Source: Sutcliffiella tianshenii
GTDB taxonomy: Bacteria > Bacillota > Bacilli > Bacillales > Bacillaceae_I
Direction: 5' to 3'
Assembly: GCF_016908565.1 (NCBI RefSeq)
Contig: NZ_JAFBED010000004.1
Coordinates: 307,798-339,797, forward strand
DNA length: 32,000 bases
The notes under the pieces are model-generated. The model was given only the letters and a program-made list of their open reading frames with translations, did no database searches and was not told the origin of the DNA. This document shows positions 18,153-27,146 of the stretch, one piece after another. The position numbers and the translations under genes are program-made. How positions within the stretch are numbered: the stretch's first letter is position 1; every line of letters begins with the position of its first letter.

Positions 18153-19286
18153 TTACTGGTACAGAAAAGCGGTCGCTTCCAATAATTTCTGTTGTGCCCC
18201 CCACAATTCCGAGGAGTCTTTGGATGTTTGATATTGCTGAATGTGCTGATATGCACCAACAAGAAGGTCTTTCCACTGTTTAGGACCATCTGTCATTTCT
18301 TCCGCTTTGACTGCCGAGATCTTCTCAAAATGTCCGTTCATTTTTTCCACTGCACTGCTATCAAGTGTTCCTCCCTGGAGCAATGAGGAGGAGGTTGCAG
18401 CCAATTCCTTGTATAGACTTTGACCTTCTTGAAGAACTGCCGCATCCTGAGCATTCAAAGAATTGAACGTCCTTTCAGGGATCGCAAACTCCTTCGCATA
18501 GGTTTCCAGTCCTTTATCGCTTGCCATTGTACCGAGACTTTTCATTCCTTCTACCGTCTGTCCGATTCCCACCAATACATAAATGGTATCCTTGCCGACA
18601 GCAACAGCTGAAAATCCCTGGCTTTTGAACGAATCTATCGTCGCATTTGCAGCTTCCATACTCGATAATGCCCCACCCTGCAGGACAGCTACTCCTAGCG
18701 CAGGTATGGTGACACTCTGCCCGTCGCTGTTCCCAGCTGTTCCGGTATTTTCATTTTCCGCCTGGTCTGATACCGAGCCCGCAACAGGCTGGTTAGGATT
18801 CAATGGATTATCAGAAGAGATATTCATGATTGCGAGAATAATAAAGCCTAAACAAGTCCCAATGCCGACAGCCATCACAATGGATACAATAAGTTGTTTC
18901 GAAAAGGACGGAGGGGCCAATTTCTTCTTTTTTAATGAGTGGGGAAGCGATTTCTTCCCTTTTGGTTTATTGATTTGACGCAAATCTTCTATATAAGAAG
19001 TTTTTTCAGATGTTGTTTCCTTATTCTCCGGCTTCACCGGCTCTTTAGGAAGAACCCATTCGAAATCTTCTTCCTCTTTCTTTTCTGCTGCTGCAGCCGT
19101 CTCATCCACGATGATCAAGGGCAGGTCGTCCTCTTCGATTGGCGTTTCCCGCTCTGGATTTTGATAGTCTTCCATGGATGTCCCGTGACGATTTTTCCCT
19201 TTCTTTTTCTTTGAGTTTCGATGATATGATTTTTCCACCCCGTTAATGCGGATTTTCACTTCATGGGAATGATTCTTGTCCAACAT
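18153..19286 (-). CDS. spoIIB: SpoIIB-like SPOR-domain sporulation or septal peptidoglycan-binding protein
   Basis: ORF 18153..19298. ATG 19286 is preferred because a GGAGGTG SD lies upstream. It has a lysine-rich N-terminus, one TM segment (LIVSIVMAVGIGTCLGFIILAI) and a SPOR-like domain (GVAVLQGGALSSMEAANATIDSFKSQGFSAVAVGKDTIYVLVGIG). It occupies the spoIIB position next to maf. The assignment rests on synteny plus architecture. Confidence 0.6.
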   Translation of the reverse strand: MLDKNHSHEVKIRINGVEKSYHRNSKKKKGKNRHGTSMEDYQNPERETPIEEDDLPLIIVDETAAAAEKKEEEDFEWVLPKEPVKPENKETTSEKTSYIEDLRQINKPKGKKSLPHSLKKKKLAPPSFSKQLIVSIVMAVGIGTCLGFIILAIMNISSDNPLNPNQPVAGSVSDQAENENTGTAGNSDGQSVTIPALGVAVLQGGALSSMEAANATIDSFKSQGFSAVAVGKDTIYVLVGIGQTVEGMKSLGTMASDKGLETYAKEFAIPERTFNSLNAQDAAVLQEGQSLYKELAATSSSLLQGGTLDSSAVEKMNGHFEKISAVKAEEMTDGPKQWKDLLVGAYQHIQQYQTSKDSSELWGAQQKLLEATAFLYQ

Positions 19287-19352
19287 GTCCACCTCCATTT
19301 ACCTTGACAAAATATGTCTGCAATTGATTTGTTTCATCCTATCATAGCGCAT

Positions 19353-19385
19353 AAAAAAAAGAACAAGACTTTTGTCGTCTTGTCC
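19353..19385 (-). terminator. Intrinsic terminator closing the pil operon, after pilO
   Basis: Minus strand: GGACAAGAC-gacaaaa-GTCTTGTTC (9 bp with one G-U pair) followed by T8. Confidence 0.65.
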
Positions 19386-19447
19386 TAAATGTTTTCCGAC
19401 ACAATCCCCTATGTATTAGGGCTTTCGACTGTTTCCCCGGAAATAAA

Positions 19448-20173
19448 TTATTCATTGTCGAGAAAAGGATTTGTCTTATTGCTCGGTTCCGGCGCTGAGA
19501 TCGGAGGAAGGTCCTCAATCAGATCTGCTAGCTCCGGATGGTAAAATGCTGATAATTGAACTGAATATGATAGTGACGTCAATTCCTGGGCAATGGAAGT
19601 CAGCTCGGGAAGTCCGGTGAAAGCAACCGATTCAATTTGGGTGATCCGGGTCAAACCTTCCAGTTCCTCAAGGAAAGCTGTAAGGTCTTCATAGTTCTCG
19701 GACTCTACGGATAAATTGACGGTCACCTTTTTTAACCCTTCAGGCAGGTAGGCTTGTTCTGTCTGCTGTTCCGCTGTTCCCTCTGTGTCAGTCGAACTGT
19801 TTGTTTCCACATACTCTTCCAAAGTGGTTGTTGCCACGGAAAAGTCCGCATCCCCGAATGTCATATTCATGATCCTGGAATTGGAGACCACTTCCGCTTT
19901 CTCGAGTTCCAGGATCAGCTGTTCCACATAGGACGTTACAGGAATCTTCCGCTGAAGTTCCATGGTATTTCCCAGGCTTGCCCCAGCTGATTCCTGCTGC
20001 TGATCCAACACTTGAATCAATTGCTCCTCGATTTCGATCTCCTGCTTTTTTTGCTCCACCATCGTCTGTTTCGGCGCATAGCTTAAATAGTAGAATAGGA
20101 TGATTCCCAGTACGAGAAATGCTACAACAGAGGCAAAGATGAAGTAGTGTTTTCTCTGCAGTTCAATGTTCAT
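19448..20173 (-). CDS. pilO: Type IV pilus inner-membrane alignment protein PilO
   Basis: 241-aa ORF whose ATG overlaps the pilN stop (ATGA). It has a short cytoplasmic N-terminus, one TM segment (YFIFASVVAFLVLGIILFYY), a coiled coil and then a ferredoxin-like region. Position after pilM-pilN is conserved. Confidence 0.75.
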   Translation of the reverse strand: MNIELQRKHYFIFASVVAFLVLGIILFYYLSYAPKQTMVEQKKQEIEIEEQLIQVLDQQQESAGASLGNTMELQRKIPVTSYVEQLILELEKAEVVSNSRIMNMTFGDADFSVATTTLEEYVETNSSTDTEGTAEQQTEQAYLPEGLKKVTVNLSVESENYEDLTAFLEELEGLTRITQIESVAFTGLPELTSIAQELTSLSYSVQLSAFYHPELADLIEDLPPISAPEPSNKTNPFLDNE

Positions 20174-20844
20174 AGACCCTCGCCTCCATCCTCTGATTCC
20201 GTATCCGGCCCGGTTTCAGTATCCTCTTCATCCGATACGGTTTCTTCACCTTCAGTTTCCGGAGTTTCCTGTTCCTCTGCCTTTATGGCAGCCTTGTCAA
20301 ATTCGAGGCTGTACTGCGCGATATAACGAGGCAATACATCAGCGTCCTCTTCCTCACCGACAATTGCTGTGGAAACACTTGATAGGTTGACATTCTGGAA
20401 ATAGCCGTTACCGTTCAGATGATACAAATAATATGCCGCGTCTTTGGATTGATCGAACTGGACCGTTACATTTAATGCCCCGCTTTCTGCATAGGAAAAG
20501 CTCTGCACAAACCCGCGATCCGGAAGCATCCTGACAAGCTCCTGCATGACAGGGACCATTTCCACGGGATATTCCTCTGCCCATTGAACCGTATTCTCCA
20601 AACGCTGTGCGGAGGATGAATTTTGGGGTGTCCGTATCGCTTCTTCTTTGGCCGCACGCAACGCCTGGACATTTTCAAGGCCTCTTTCAGCCCTTGCGAC
20701 ATCCTCGCTGACAAGATGCTGAAAGATGACTAGAAGGACGACCACAAATAGTATAAAGAACCCGCAAATTCCGTAAACAAGAGGAGTCGTAATGTCACGC
20801 GCCTGTTTTCTTGGCAATAGGTTTATATCTACTAACGTTTTCAT
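20170..20844 (-). CDS. pilN: Type IV pilus alignment protein PilN, with an unusual acidic C-terminal tail
   Basis: The N-terminus carries the INLLP signature (MKTLVDINLLPRKQ) that binds PilM. It is followed by one TM segment and a periplasmic-type domain. The last 35 residues are Glu/Asp/Thr-rich. Confidence 0.8.
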   Translation of the reverse strand: MKTLVDINLLPRKQARDITTPLVYGICGFFILFVVVLLVIFQHLVSEDVARAERGLENVQALRAAKEEAIRTPQNSSSAQRLENTVQWAEEYPVEMVPVMQELVRMLPDRGFVQSFSYAESGALNVTVQFDQSKDAAYYLYHLNGNGYFQNVNLSSVSTAIVGEEEDADVLPRYIAQYSLEFDKAAIKAEEQETPETEGEETVSDEEDTETGPDTESEDGGEGL

Positions 20845-20846
20845 TC

Positions 20847-21827
20847 CTACACCTCTTTTAACGCCAACCCGAGTGGGAAATAAAATTTCGGGTCAACAAC
20901 CTCTTGATCTTGTGTATAGACTTCCTGCTCATATGTATCGACCGGTACAGTAATCCGCTCCCTTAACTTTGCCAAAACCAATGGGAAATTCGGATGATCT
21001 CCGTGCAATAGTACTCTCTTCACTTCATCCGTTCCTTGATTCAAGGAATAGCGGAAGAAGTTCATGATCCGCTCCACTTCCTTGATGAAGTCCTCCAAAA
21101 ACACGTTAAACTGAATGATATCCCCGGCCCACTCCATTCTCGTATTCGTCTCGGACACTTCCCATGTCTTAATGTCTGCTGGGATTGCGATGGTCCTGAC
21201 GAATACAGGAGCATGCTTCATAAAGATACTAAGGGTGATACAGCTGATATCAAAATGAATGATCAGTAGATGGTCATTTTCATTCCGTTGACCGAATTCA
21301 TAATAAAGTCGGTATAGGCAAAGGGAGGACACATCCGCCACCGTCGGCTTCATTTTGTTTTCTTCGAAGATGGAAGACACCTGAGTGACCATTTCTTCCG
21401 GCGAAGCAAAAAGGACAAGGTCCGTTTTTTCGGAGCGTTGCAGAACATGCACGTCAAATACCGGATCTTCAAATGGAAGGTGAATGGTCGAACCGAGCTC
21501 CAGATACAGGTGACCGATGATCTCATCATCCATCACATTCGAGGGGATGCTGAGCTTTCTCGTCACCACAAACTGATCTGGAACGACAAACCTGACATGC
21601 TTCCTCTTCAATCCCCATTCTTCCACACATTCCTCGAAAATGAGACGAAAGATATTTTCATCGACAATTTTCCCATCACGCACGATGTTCGGCGGCAAAA
21701 ATCTCTCCCTTGTCCGTTTGACCGTCAAAGGATTCAAACTCTTCAACTCTACCATTCTAATAACATGGTCACGAAACGTAATATTTATAAAATTATTATG
21801 TTTTGGCTGTAAAAATGAAAATTCCAT
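20847..21827 (-). CDS. pilM: Type IV pilus assembly protein PilM (actin-like ATPase fold)
   Basis: 326-aa ORF with an AAAGGAG SD. Its size and position immediately upstream of pilN-pilO fit PilM, and the sequence has an FtsA/MreB-like fold pattern. Confidence 0.8.
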   Translation of the reverse strand: MEFSFLQPKHNNFINITFRDHVIRMVELKSLNPLTVKRTRERFLPPNIVRDGKIVDENIFRLIFEECVEEWGLKRKHVRFVVPDQFVVTRKLSIPSNVMDDEIIGHLYLELGSTIHLPFEDPVFDVHVLQRSEKTDLVLFASPEEMVTQVSSIFEENKMKPTVADVSSLCLYRLYYEFGQRNENDHLLIIHFDISCITLSIFMKHAPVFVRTIAIPADIKTWEVSETNTRMEWAGDIIQFNVFLEDFIKEVERIMNFFRYSLNQGTDEVKRVLLHGDHPNFPLVLAKLRERITVPVDTYEQEVYTQDQEVVDPKFYFPLGLALKEV

Positions 21828-21851
21828 TGAGTAGAACTCCTTTTTGATTTA

Positions 21852-22610
21852 CTAGAAGAGTAGGGAAAAGTACAGGTTCAAAATTTGCTCGCCTGCAAAA
21901 TAACCGATGAGTGCCGCCACTGCAATCGAAGGACCAAACGGAAACGGCACACCCCTCTTCACCTTGCCGAAAAGCATGCCAATTAGGGCAGCCATCATTC
22001 CGATCAAGGAGGAGAGAAAGAATGTGAGAATGACCATCTTCCACCCTAATACAAACCCGAGGACCGCAAACAGCTTAATATCCCCTCCACCCATGCCACC
22101 TTTGCTAAGCAAGGCAACAAGTGCTGGAATGGCAAAACCTACCGCCAGTCCGATAAGATGATTCGGTAGCGTCTGATAAGGAATGAAAAATCTTTCAAAG
22201 ATGAATAAAAGAAAGAAAAATAGCAGTATCTTGTTTGGAATGAGCATATAGTGAATATCAGTAATGACGATGATGATCAGCATCGATATGAGGGTCCAGG
22301 CAATTACCAGTTCGTAAGTCCAACCCATCAAAAATGGCGCAAGGACAAACAGCACAGCCGTCAAAAGCTCGAATAATGGATAAATAGGAGACACGGCCTG
22401 TTTACAGTACCGACATCTCCCCTTGGAAAATACATATGAAAGGACGGGAATCAAATCAATCCCCGTCAATGTCTGCTTACAGCTTGTACAATGTGACCTC
22501 GGCGCCACGATTGACATGCCCTTTGGTATTCGAAGGCCGACTACGTTGTAGAAGGAGCCTAGGAGGAGGGCTAGTGTAAATAATTGAACATAGTAATACA
22601 TCATAATCAA
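21852..22610 (-). CDS. pilD: Prepilin peptidase / N-methyltransferase (A24 family; PilD/ComC)
   Basis: Maximal ORF from TTG 22610; ATG 22604 or 22601 are also possible. The CTSCKQTL...CRYCKQ zinc motif marks the methyltransferase region. Catalytic Asp contexts are VITDIHYMLIPN and GGMGGGDIKLFAVLG. It aligns by eye with B. subtilis ComC. Confidence 0.9.
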   Translation of the reverse strand: MIMMYYYVQLFTLALLLGSFYNVVGLRIPKGMSIVAPRSHCTSCKQTLTGIDLIPVLSYVFSKGRCRYCKQAVSPIYPLFELLTAVLFVLAPFLMGWTYELVIAWTLISMLIIIVITDIHYMLIPNKILLFFFLLFIFERFFIPYQTLPNHLIGLAVGFAIPALVALLSKGGMGGGDIKLFAVLGFVLGWKMVILTFFLSSLIGMMAALIGMLFGKVKRGVPFPFGPSIAVAALIGYFAGEQILNLYFSLLF

Positions 22611-22613
22611 TTG

Positions 22614-23099
22614 TTAATTATTTGTAACACTACTTTTATTAATAACTAAATTTCCACCTGTATTTGCAGTAGCTTTTACACTTCTATTTTCCCCGACTAA
22701 ATTTACACCAATGACTTTCCCGTCTAATAATTGAACATATGAATGAGTATCAGCTATAGTATCTACAGCAGCGTTAGATTTATTTCCTTGTTTGTAGGAT
22801 TTATTTTTATCGTCTGGATCTTGGATTTGCTCTAGGAATCCTTTTGAAATTAAATACTCTAAAGATACAAACTTTGAACCAACACTAATGGAAGAGTCAG
22901 ATGTAGCAGCAAGTCTAGCAGCACTTACTACTTGTTCGGCATTAGCAACGTGCGCATCAACTTTAGAATTATCAATCAGTTTACCAATACTCGGTACCGC
23001 AATCGCAGCAATAATACCCAAAATAACAACTACCGCTAAAAGCTCGATCAGCGTCAAGCCTTTTTCATTTTTTAACATACTTCTGAATTTTTGTAACAT
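22614..23099 (-). CDS. pilA: Major type IV pilin (PilA-like)
   Basis: ATG 23099 follows a GGGAGGA SD; the ORF-track TTG start at 23135 is unlikely. The class III signal is MLQKFRSMLKNEKG / LTLIELLAVVVILGIIAAIAVP (Gly-1, Leu+1, Glu+5). The mature protein is ~147 aa and has no cysteines. It lies between pilC and pilD. Confidence 0.85.
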   Translation of the reverse strand: MLQKFRSMLKNEKGLTLIELLAVVVILGIIAAIAVPSIGKLIDNSKVDAHVANAEQVVSAARLAATSDSSISVGSKFVSLEYLISKGFLEQIQDPDDKNKSYKQGNKSNAAVDTIADTHSYVQLLDGKVIGVNLVGENRSVKATANTGGNLVINKSSVTNN

Positions 23100-23144
23100 C
23101 TTTAATATTCCTCCCATTTTGGAAATAAGTAACAATTATTTTAT

Positions 23145-23172
23145 ACTATAATTCTATTATACTATCTTACAA
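23145..23172 (-). promoter_or_regulatory. Candidate dedicated pilA promoter
   Basis: On the minus strand: TTGTAA (23167..23172), a 16-nt spacer, then TATAGT (23145..23150). An alternative TATAAT lies at 23156..23161. It sits in the 97-bp AT-rich pilC-pilA gap. No experimental support. Confidence 0.35.
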
Positions 23173-23196
23173 ATTTCAATAAGATTTTACAGCATT

Positions 23197-24405
23197 CTAT
23201 GACTGAATGTGGTTAAAAATATCGAACATTGGAACTAGTATGGATGTGACTATAGTCCCTACTATAACTGCGAGCACAACAATCATTAATGGCTCTATCA
23301 GACTCTTTAATCTGTCGGTTGCGTGGTCTACTTCTTTTTCATAGAATTCCGCTATTTTATCCAGCATCGAATCCAGTGATCCAGTGCTTTCCCCGATGGA
23401 GATCATTTGTGTTACAAGGGGCGGGAATGCCCAGTGCCCTTTCATTGGTCCAGTCATGCTTTCCCCTTTTTCCAGGGATAGCTTGCTGTCTGCAAGTACT
23501 TTTGCAATTACCTCATTTTCGACAATCTTCTCCACGATGCTTACCGCCTGCAGGATTGGGACTGAACTTGTGAACAATGAACTCAATGTCCTGGTAAACC
23601 TTGCAATGACTGCCTTTTGCAGCAATGGGCCAAAGATAGGCAATCGTAACACTAAGTAATCCAAATAGTACTTTGTTTCCTTCTTTGACTTTAATGCCAT
23701 CACTCCTACTACCAATGCCAGTATCATCAACAGGAACAGCCACCAGAATGATTGCATCCACTCACTTGCTCCAAGGACGAATCGGGTGATGAGTGGAAGC
23801 TGTGCGCCAAAGTCACTGAACATGGCGACAAAGGTAGGAACAACCCCAACAAGCAGGAAGATGACCACCCCAATGGCAATCACACCAAGCACCATCGGAT
23901 AGGTCAAGGCCGAAACGATTTTGGATCTTGTTTCACTTTGTTTCTCAAATTGCATGGCAAGCCTGTCAAGCGTGTCATCGAGTGCACCGCTTGCTTCCCC
24001 TGCCTTGATCATATTGATGAACATGGTGGAGAATACTTTCGGATGCTTTGCGGCAGCCGCTGAGAGCGCGTTACCCTGCTTCAACTCTTCCTCTACATCA
24101 AACAGCACCCTCTTCAAGGCCTTGCTTGATGTCTGGTTTGCCAGGACATTTGTCGCTTCCACAACAGAAATGCCTGCCCGTATGAGTGTAGAGAATTGGC
24201 GAAGGAATATAACAAAGTCCCTAAGCTTAACAGGATTTCCTATGCTGATATCCTTAGTGAAGATCGACTCCGGTATCTCCTCAATCCTGACTACGCGTAT
24301 TCCTTTTTCCTTCAATTGTACAATTGCCTCTCGACGGGATGCGCTGGTGATGGAGCCGTCCTTCTTCCCAGCTGTATCCCGGCCTGTATAAGTAAATCTT
24401 GGCAT
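23197..24405 (-). CDS. pilC: Type IV pilus platform protein PilC (GspF family)
   Basis: 402-aa ORF with duplicated GspF-type cytoplasmic domains (LSTLIRAGISVVEA ... and LSSLFTSSVPILQAV ...) and three TM segments. Confidence 0.9.
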   Translation of the reverse strand: MPRFTYTGRDTAGKKDGSITSASRREAIVQLKEKGIRVVRIEEIPESIFTKDISIGNPVKLRDFVIFLRQFSTLIRAGISVVEATNVLANQTSSKALKRVLFDVEEELKQGNALSAAAAKHPKVFSTMFINMIKAGEASGALDDTLDRLAMQFEKQSETRSKIVSALTYPMVLGVIAIGVVIFLLVGVVPTFVAMFSDFGAQLPLITRFVLGASEWMQSFWWLFLLMILALVVGVMALKSKKETKYYLDYLVLRLPIFGPLLQKAVIARFTRTLSSLFTSSVPILQAVSIVEKIVENEVIAKVLADSKLSLEKGESMTGPMKGHWAFPPLVTQMISIGESTGSLDSMLDKIAEFYEKEVDHATDRLKSLIEPLMIVVLAVIVGTIVTSILVPMFDIFNHIQS

Positions 24406-25446
24406 CTAATTCACCGTCTCCTGCAGGAAGCTCTCTGCTGATACTCTACTAATCTCACTATTCTGGATGAGCTGCCTGATGCTCATTTCCAAGGTGTGCA
24501 TACCTAAGGCCCTGCTTGTTTGCATCACGTTTTGAATCTGATGTATTTTCTCGTTTCGGATCAGGTTCGCAACCGCCGGGGTGTTGACCAAAATTTCGGT
24601 CGCCACTTTCCTTCCCTGTCTATCCAATGACGGGAAAAGCCTCTGAGAGATGATCGATACAAGGACAGAAGCTAGCTGGATCCGAATCTGCGCCTGCTGT
24701 GGTCCTGGAAATACGTCAATGATCCGGTCGATGGTTGATGGCGCACTTGTCGTATGCAAGGTACCCAAAACAAGATGACCGGTTTCTGCTGCAGTGATGG
24801 CAGTCTGGATGGTCTCGAGGTCACGAAGCTCCCCTACGAGGATAACATCCGGATCCTGCCTAAGGGATGCCCTCAGTCCGGTAGCAAAGCTTTTGGTATC
24901 GAATCCTACCTCACGCTGATCGATCATGCACTGATTATGGCGATGAAGATACTCAATCGGATCTTCCAAGGTAATGATATGCTTCTTCATCGTGCGATTC
25001 ATATAGTCGATCATGGAAGCAAGTGTAGTCGACTTCCCGCTCCCCGTTGGACCAGTAACAAGGATCAGCCCCTGCGGCTTATCTACAAGACTATTTAATA
25101 TAGACGGCAGCGAAAGCTCTTCAAGGGATGGAACCCTGCTCGGTATAATACGTATGGCAATCGCAACGGATGTTCTTTGGCGGTAGGCGTTCACACGGAA
25201 TCTTGATATCCCCGGGACACTGTAGGAAAAGTCCAGTTCCCCTTTTTCATCAAATGTCTGCCACATAAATTCAGGTATCATCTGTTTGGCAATCGTATGG
25301 GTGTCCTCAGGAGTGAGAATATCCTTCCCATAGCTCTTGAGCTCCCCGTTTATGCGGAAAACCGGCGGAACTCCTACAGATAGATGGATATCGGATGCTT
25401 TATATTCATAGGCTGCATGGAGCCAGTCATTCATTTTATCCAGCAT
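24406..25446 (-). CDS. pilT: Type IV pilus retraction ATPase PilT
   Basis: ORF track 24406..25458 (GTG). ATG 25446 is preferred because GGTGAG lies 7 nt upstream. It has ASDIHL, Walker A GPTGSGKST, Asp box, Walker B ILVGELRD, His box TLHT and AIRNLIRE-like VANLIRNEKIHQ, the PilT signature. Confidence 0.9.
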   Translation of the reverse strand: MLDKMNDWLHAAYEYKASDIHLSVGVPPVFRINGELKSYGKDILTPEDTHTIAKQMIPEFMWQTFDEKGELDFSYSVPGISRFRVNAYRQRTSVAIAIRIIPSRVPSLEELSLPSILNSLVDKPQGLILVTGPTGSGKSTTLASMIDYMNRTMKKHIITLEDPIEYLHRHNQCMIDQREVGFDTKSFATGLRASLRQDPDVILVGELRDLETIQTAITAAETGHLVLGTLHTTSAPSTIDRIIDVFPGPQQAQIRIQLASVLVSIISQRLFPSLDRQGRKVATEILVNTPAVANLIRNEKIHQIQNVMQTSRALGMHTLEMSIRQLIQNSEISRVSAESFLQETVN

Positions 25447-25458
25447 GCTTTTTCTCAC

Positions 25459-27126
25459 CTACTCTTGAAGGGCAACACGCAGAATCTCTTCGGTTGTGGT
25501 AAGCCCTTTTTTTACTTTTAACAAACCATCATCTATCAAGAAGACTGTATCCTGTTCATGTGCGTATTCCCTCAATCGGGAAATCGGCTCGTTGTTCATG
25601 ATCATCTTTTTCATCTGATCGTTGATGACAAGCAGTTCATGGATGGCGATACGACCTTTATAGCCTGTCATATTGCACGTGCCACAGCCTTTTCCTCGCA
25701 TCACCTTATCAATCTCAAGGCCGCGTTTAGCGAATATCTCTTTCTCTCTTAAGGTCGGTTCCTCCGGTTTAGCACAGTCCCGGCATACTTTCCTTACTAG
25801 ACGCTGTGCGAGCACACCATTAATGGAAGATCCTACAAGGAACGGCTCCACCTTCATATCTACAAGTCTAGTAATGGTACTGATTGCGTCATTGGTATGA
25901 AGTGTGCTCAGTACAAGGTGACCGGTCAATGATGCACGGATGGCAATCTCGGCAGTCTCCCGGTCACGGATTTCTCCTACCATGATGACATTCGGATCCT
26001 GACGTAGGATGGCACGAAGACCTTTGGCAAACGTCATCCCTACATTCGTGTTGACCTGGATCTGATTGATGCCTTCCAATTGATATTCCACAGGATCTTC
26101 AACCGTGATGATGTTTACTTCCTCACTGTTCAGATGGTTCAACGCCGCGTAAAGAGTGGATGATTTCCCTGAACCTGTAGGACCGGTTATGAGGATGATC
26201 CCGGTCGGCTTATGTATGAGATCGGTAAAGCGTTCATAGTTCTTTTCATTGAAACCAAGCTGCGTGATATCATTCAACGCACTGCTCATATCCAATATCC
26301 GCATAACGATTTTTTCGCCAAAAACGGTAGGAAGCGAGGAAACACGGACATCGACTGGATGGAAGTCAACGTTCGTCTTGATTCTTCCATCCTGTGGGAC
26401 ACGATGCTCGGTGATATCCATCTGCCCCAGGATCTTGATGCGTGCAATAAGAACATTTTGGGTATGTTTTGGCAAGACCCTTTCTGTCCGTAGTACGCCA
26501 TCTATACGATATCTAACAACAACTTTGGTTTCCTGTGGATCGATATGGATATCACTTGCCCGCTGCTGGACAGCGTTTTGCAATAGTTGATTTACCAATC
26601 TGACAATTGGTGAATCCTCTTCGGTAATCCGCTCATCCTCCACCTTGACCTGAACATTCGGTTCAAAGCCTTCTAGCAGCTCATCCATGGAATCGGCCGT
26701 TTCATAATATTTATTGATGGATCGTAGAATATCGTCTTTGGTGGAAATGACCGGTTCGATCTCAAAACCGGTGGACAGCCTCAGGTCATCCATGGCAAAG
26801 AAGTCCATAGGGTCTGCCATGGCAACGAACAACCGATCATGTTCTTTTTTCAGTGGAATTAAGATATTGCGTTTTGCAAACTCTTTGGACACGATATGCA
26901 TCAGCTTATCATCAAAAGGATAGCGGAATAAGCTTACATGCGGAATACCTAGCTGGAATTCCAACACTTCAATAAGTTGCTGTTCCGTGATGAATCCCTT
27001 TTGGAGCAGAACATCCCCAAGCTTCTGTTCACGTGTTTTCTCCTTCAGAGCACTTTTCAACTGACTTTCGGTAATAATGCCGGCTTCGACCAATAAGTCC
27101 CCAAGCCTCTTTCTTGTCTGCACCAT
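25459..27126 (-). CDS. pilB: Type IV pilus assembly ATPase PilB (GspE family) with an MshEN-like N-terminal domain
   Basis: ORF track 25459..27135 (GTG). ATG 27126 is preferred because AAGGTGA lies 5 nt upstream. It has Walker A GPTGSGKSS, Walker B IMVGEIRD and the tetracysteine motif CRDC...CGTC. The N-terminus has tandem RLGDLLVEAGII... / KLGDVLLQKGFI... motifs. Confidence 0.92.
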   Translation of the reverse strand: MVQTRKRLGDLLVEAGIITESQLKSALKEKTREQKLGDVLLQKGFITEQQLIEVLEFQLGIPHVSLFRYPFDDKLMHIVSKEFAKRNILIPLKKEHDRLFVAMADPMDFFAMDDLRLSTGFEIEPVISTKDDILRSINKYYETADSMDELLEGFEPNVQVKVEDERITEEDSPIVRLVNQLLQNAVQQRASDIHIDPQETKVVVRYRIDGVLRTERVLPKHTQNVLIARIKILGQMDITEHRVPQDGRIKTNVDFHPVDVRVSSLPTVFGEKIVMRILDMSSALNDITQLGFNEKNYERFTDLIHKPTGIILITGPTGSGKSSTLYAALNHLNSEEVNIITVEDPVEYQLEGINQIQVNTNVGMTFAKGLRAILRQDPNVIMVGEIRDRETAEIAIRASLTGHLVLSTLHTNDAISTITRLVDMKVEPFLVGSSINGVLAQRLVRKVCRDCAKPEEPTLREKEIFAKRGLEIDKVMRGKGCGTCNMTGYKGRIAIHELLVINDQMKKMIMNNEPISRLREYAHEQDTVFLIDDGLLKVKKGLTTTEEILRVALQE

Positions 27127-27146
27127 ATGATTCACCTTTTCATTTC

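Noticed and set aside
4587-24391. Many 60-165 aa antisense or nested ORFs in the track (for example 4587..4985, 8095..8409, 12437..12871, 13325..13819, 15562..16236, 16894..17352, 18583..18978, 23921..24391)
   Set aside because: Each is fully embedded in a strongly supported gene on the opposite strand or in another frame. They have biased low-complexity composition (Ser/Pro/Arg-rich) and no SD or family motifs.
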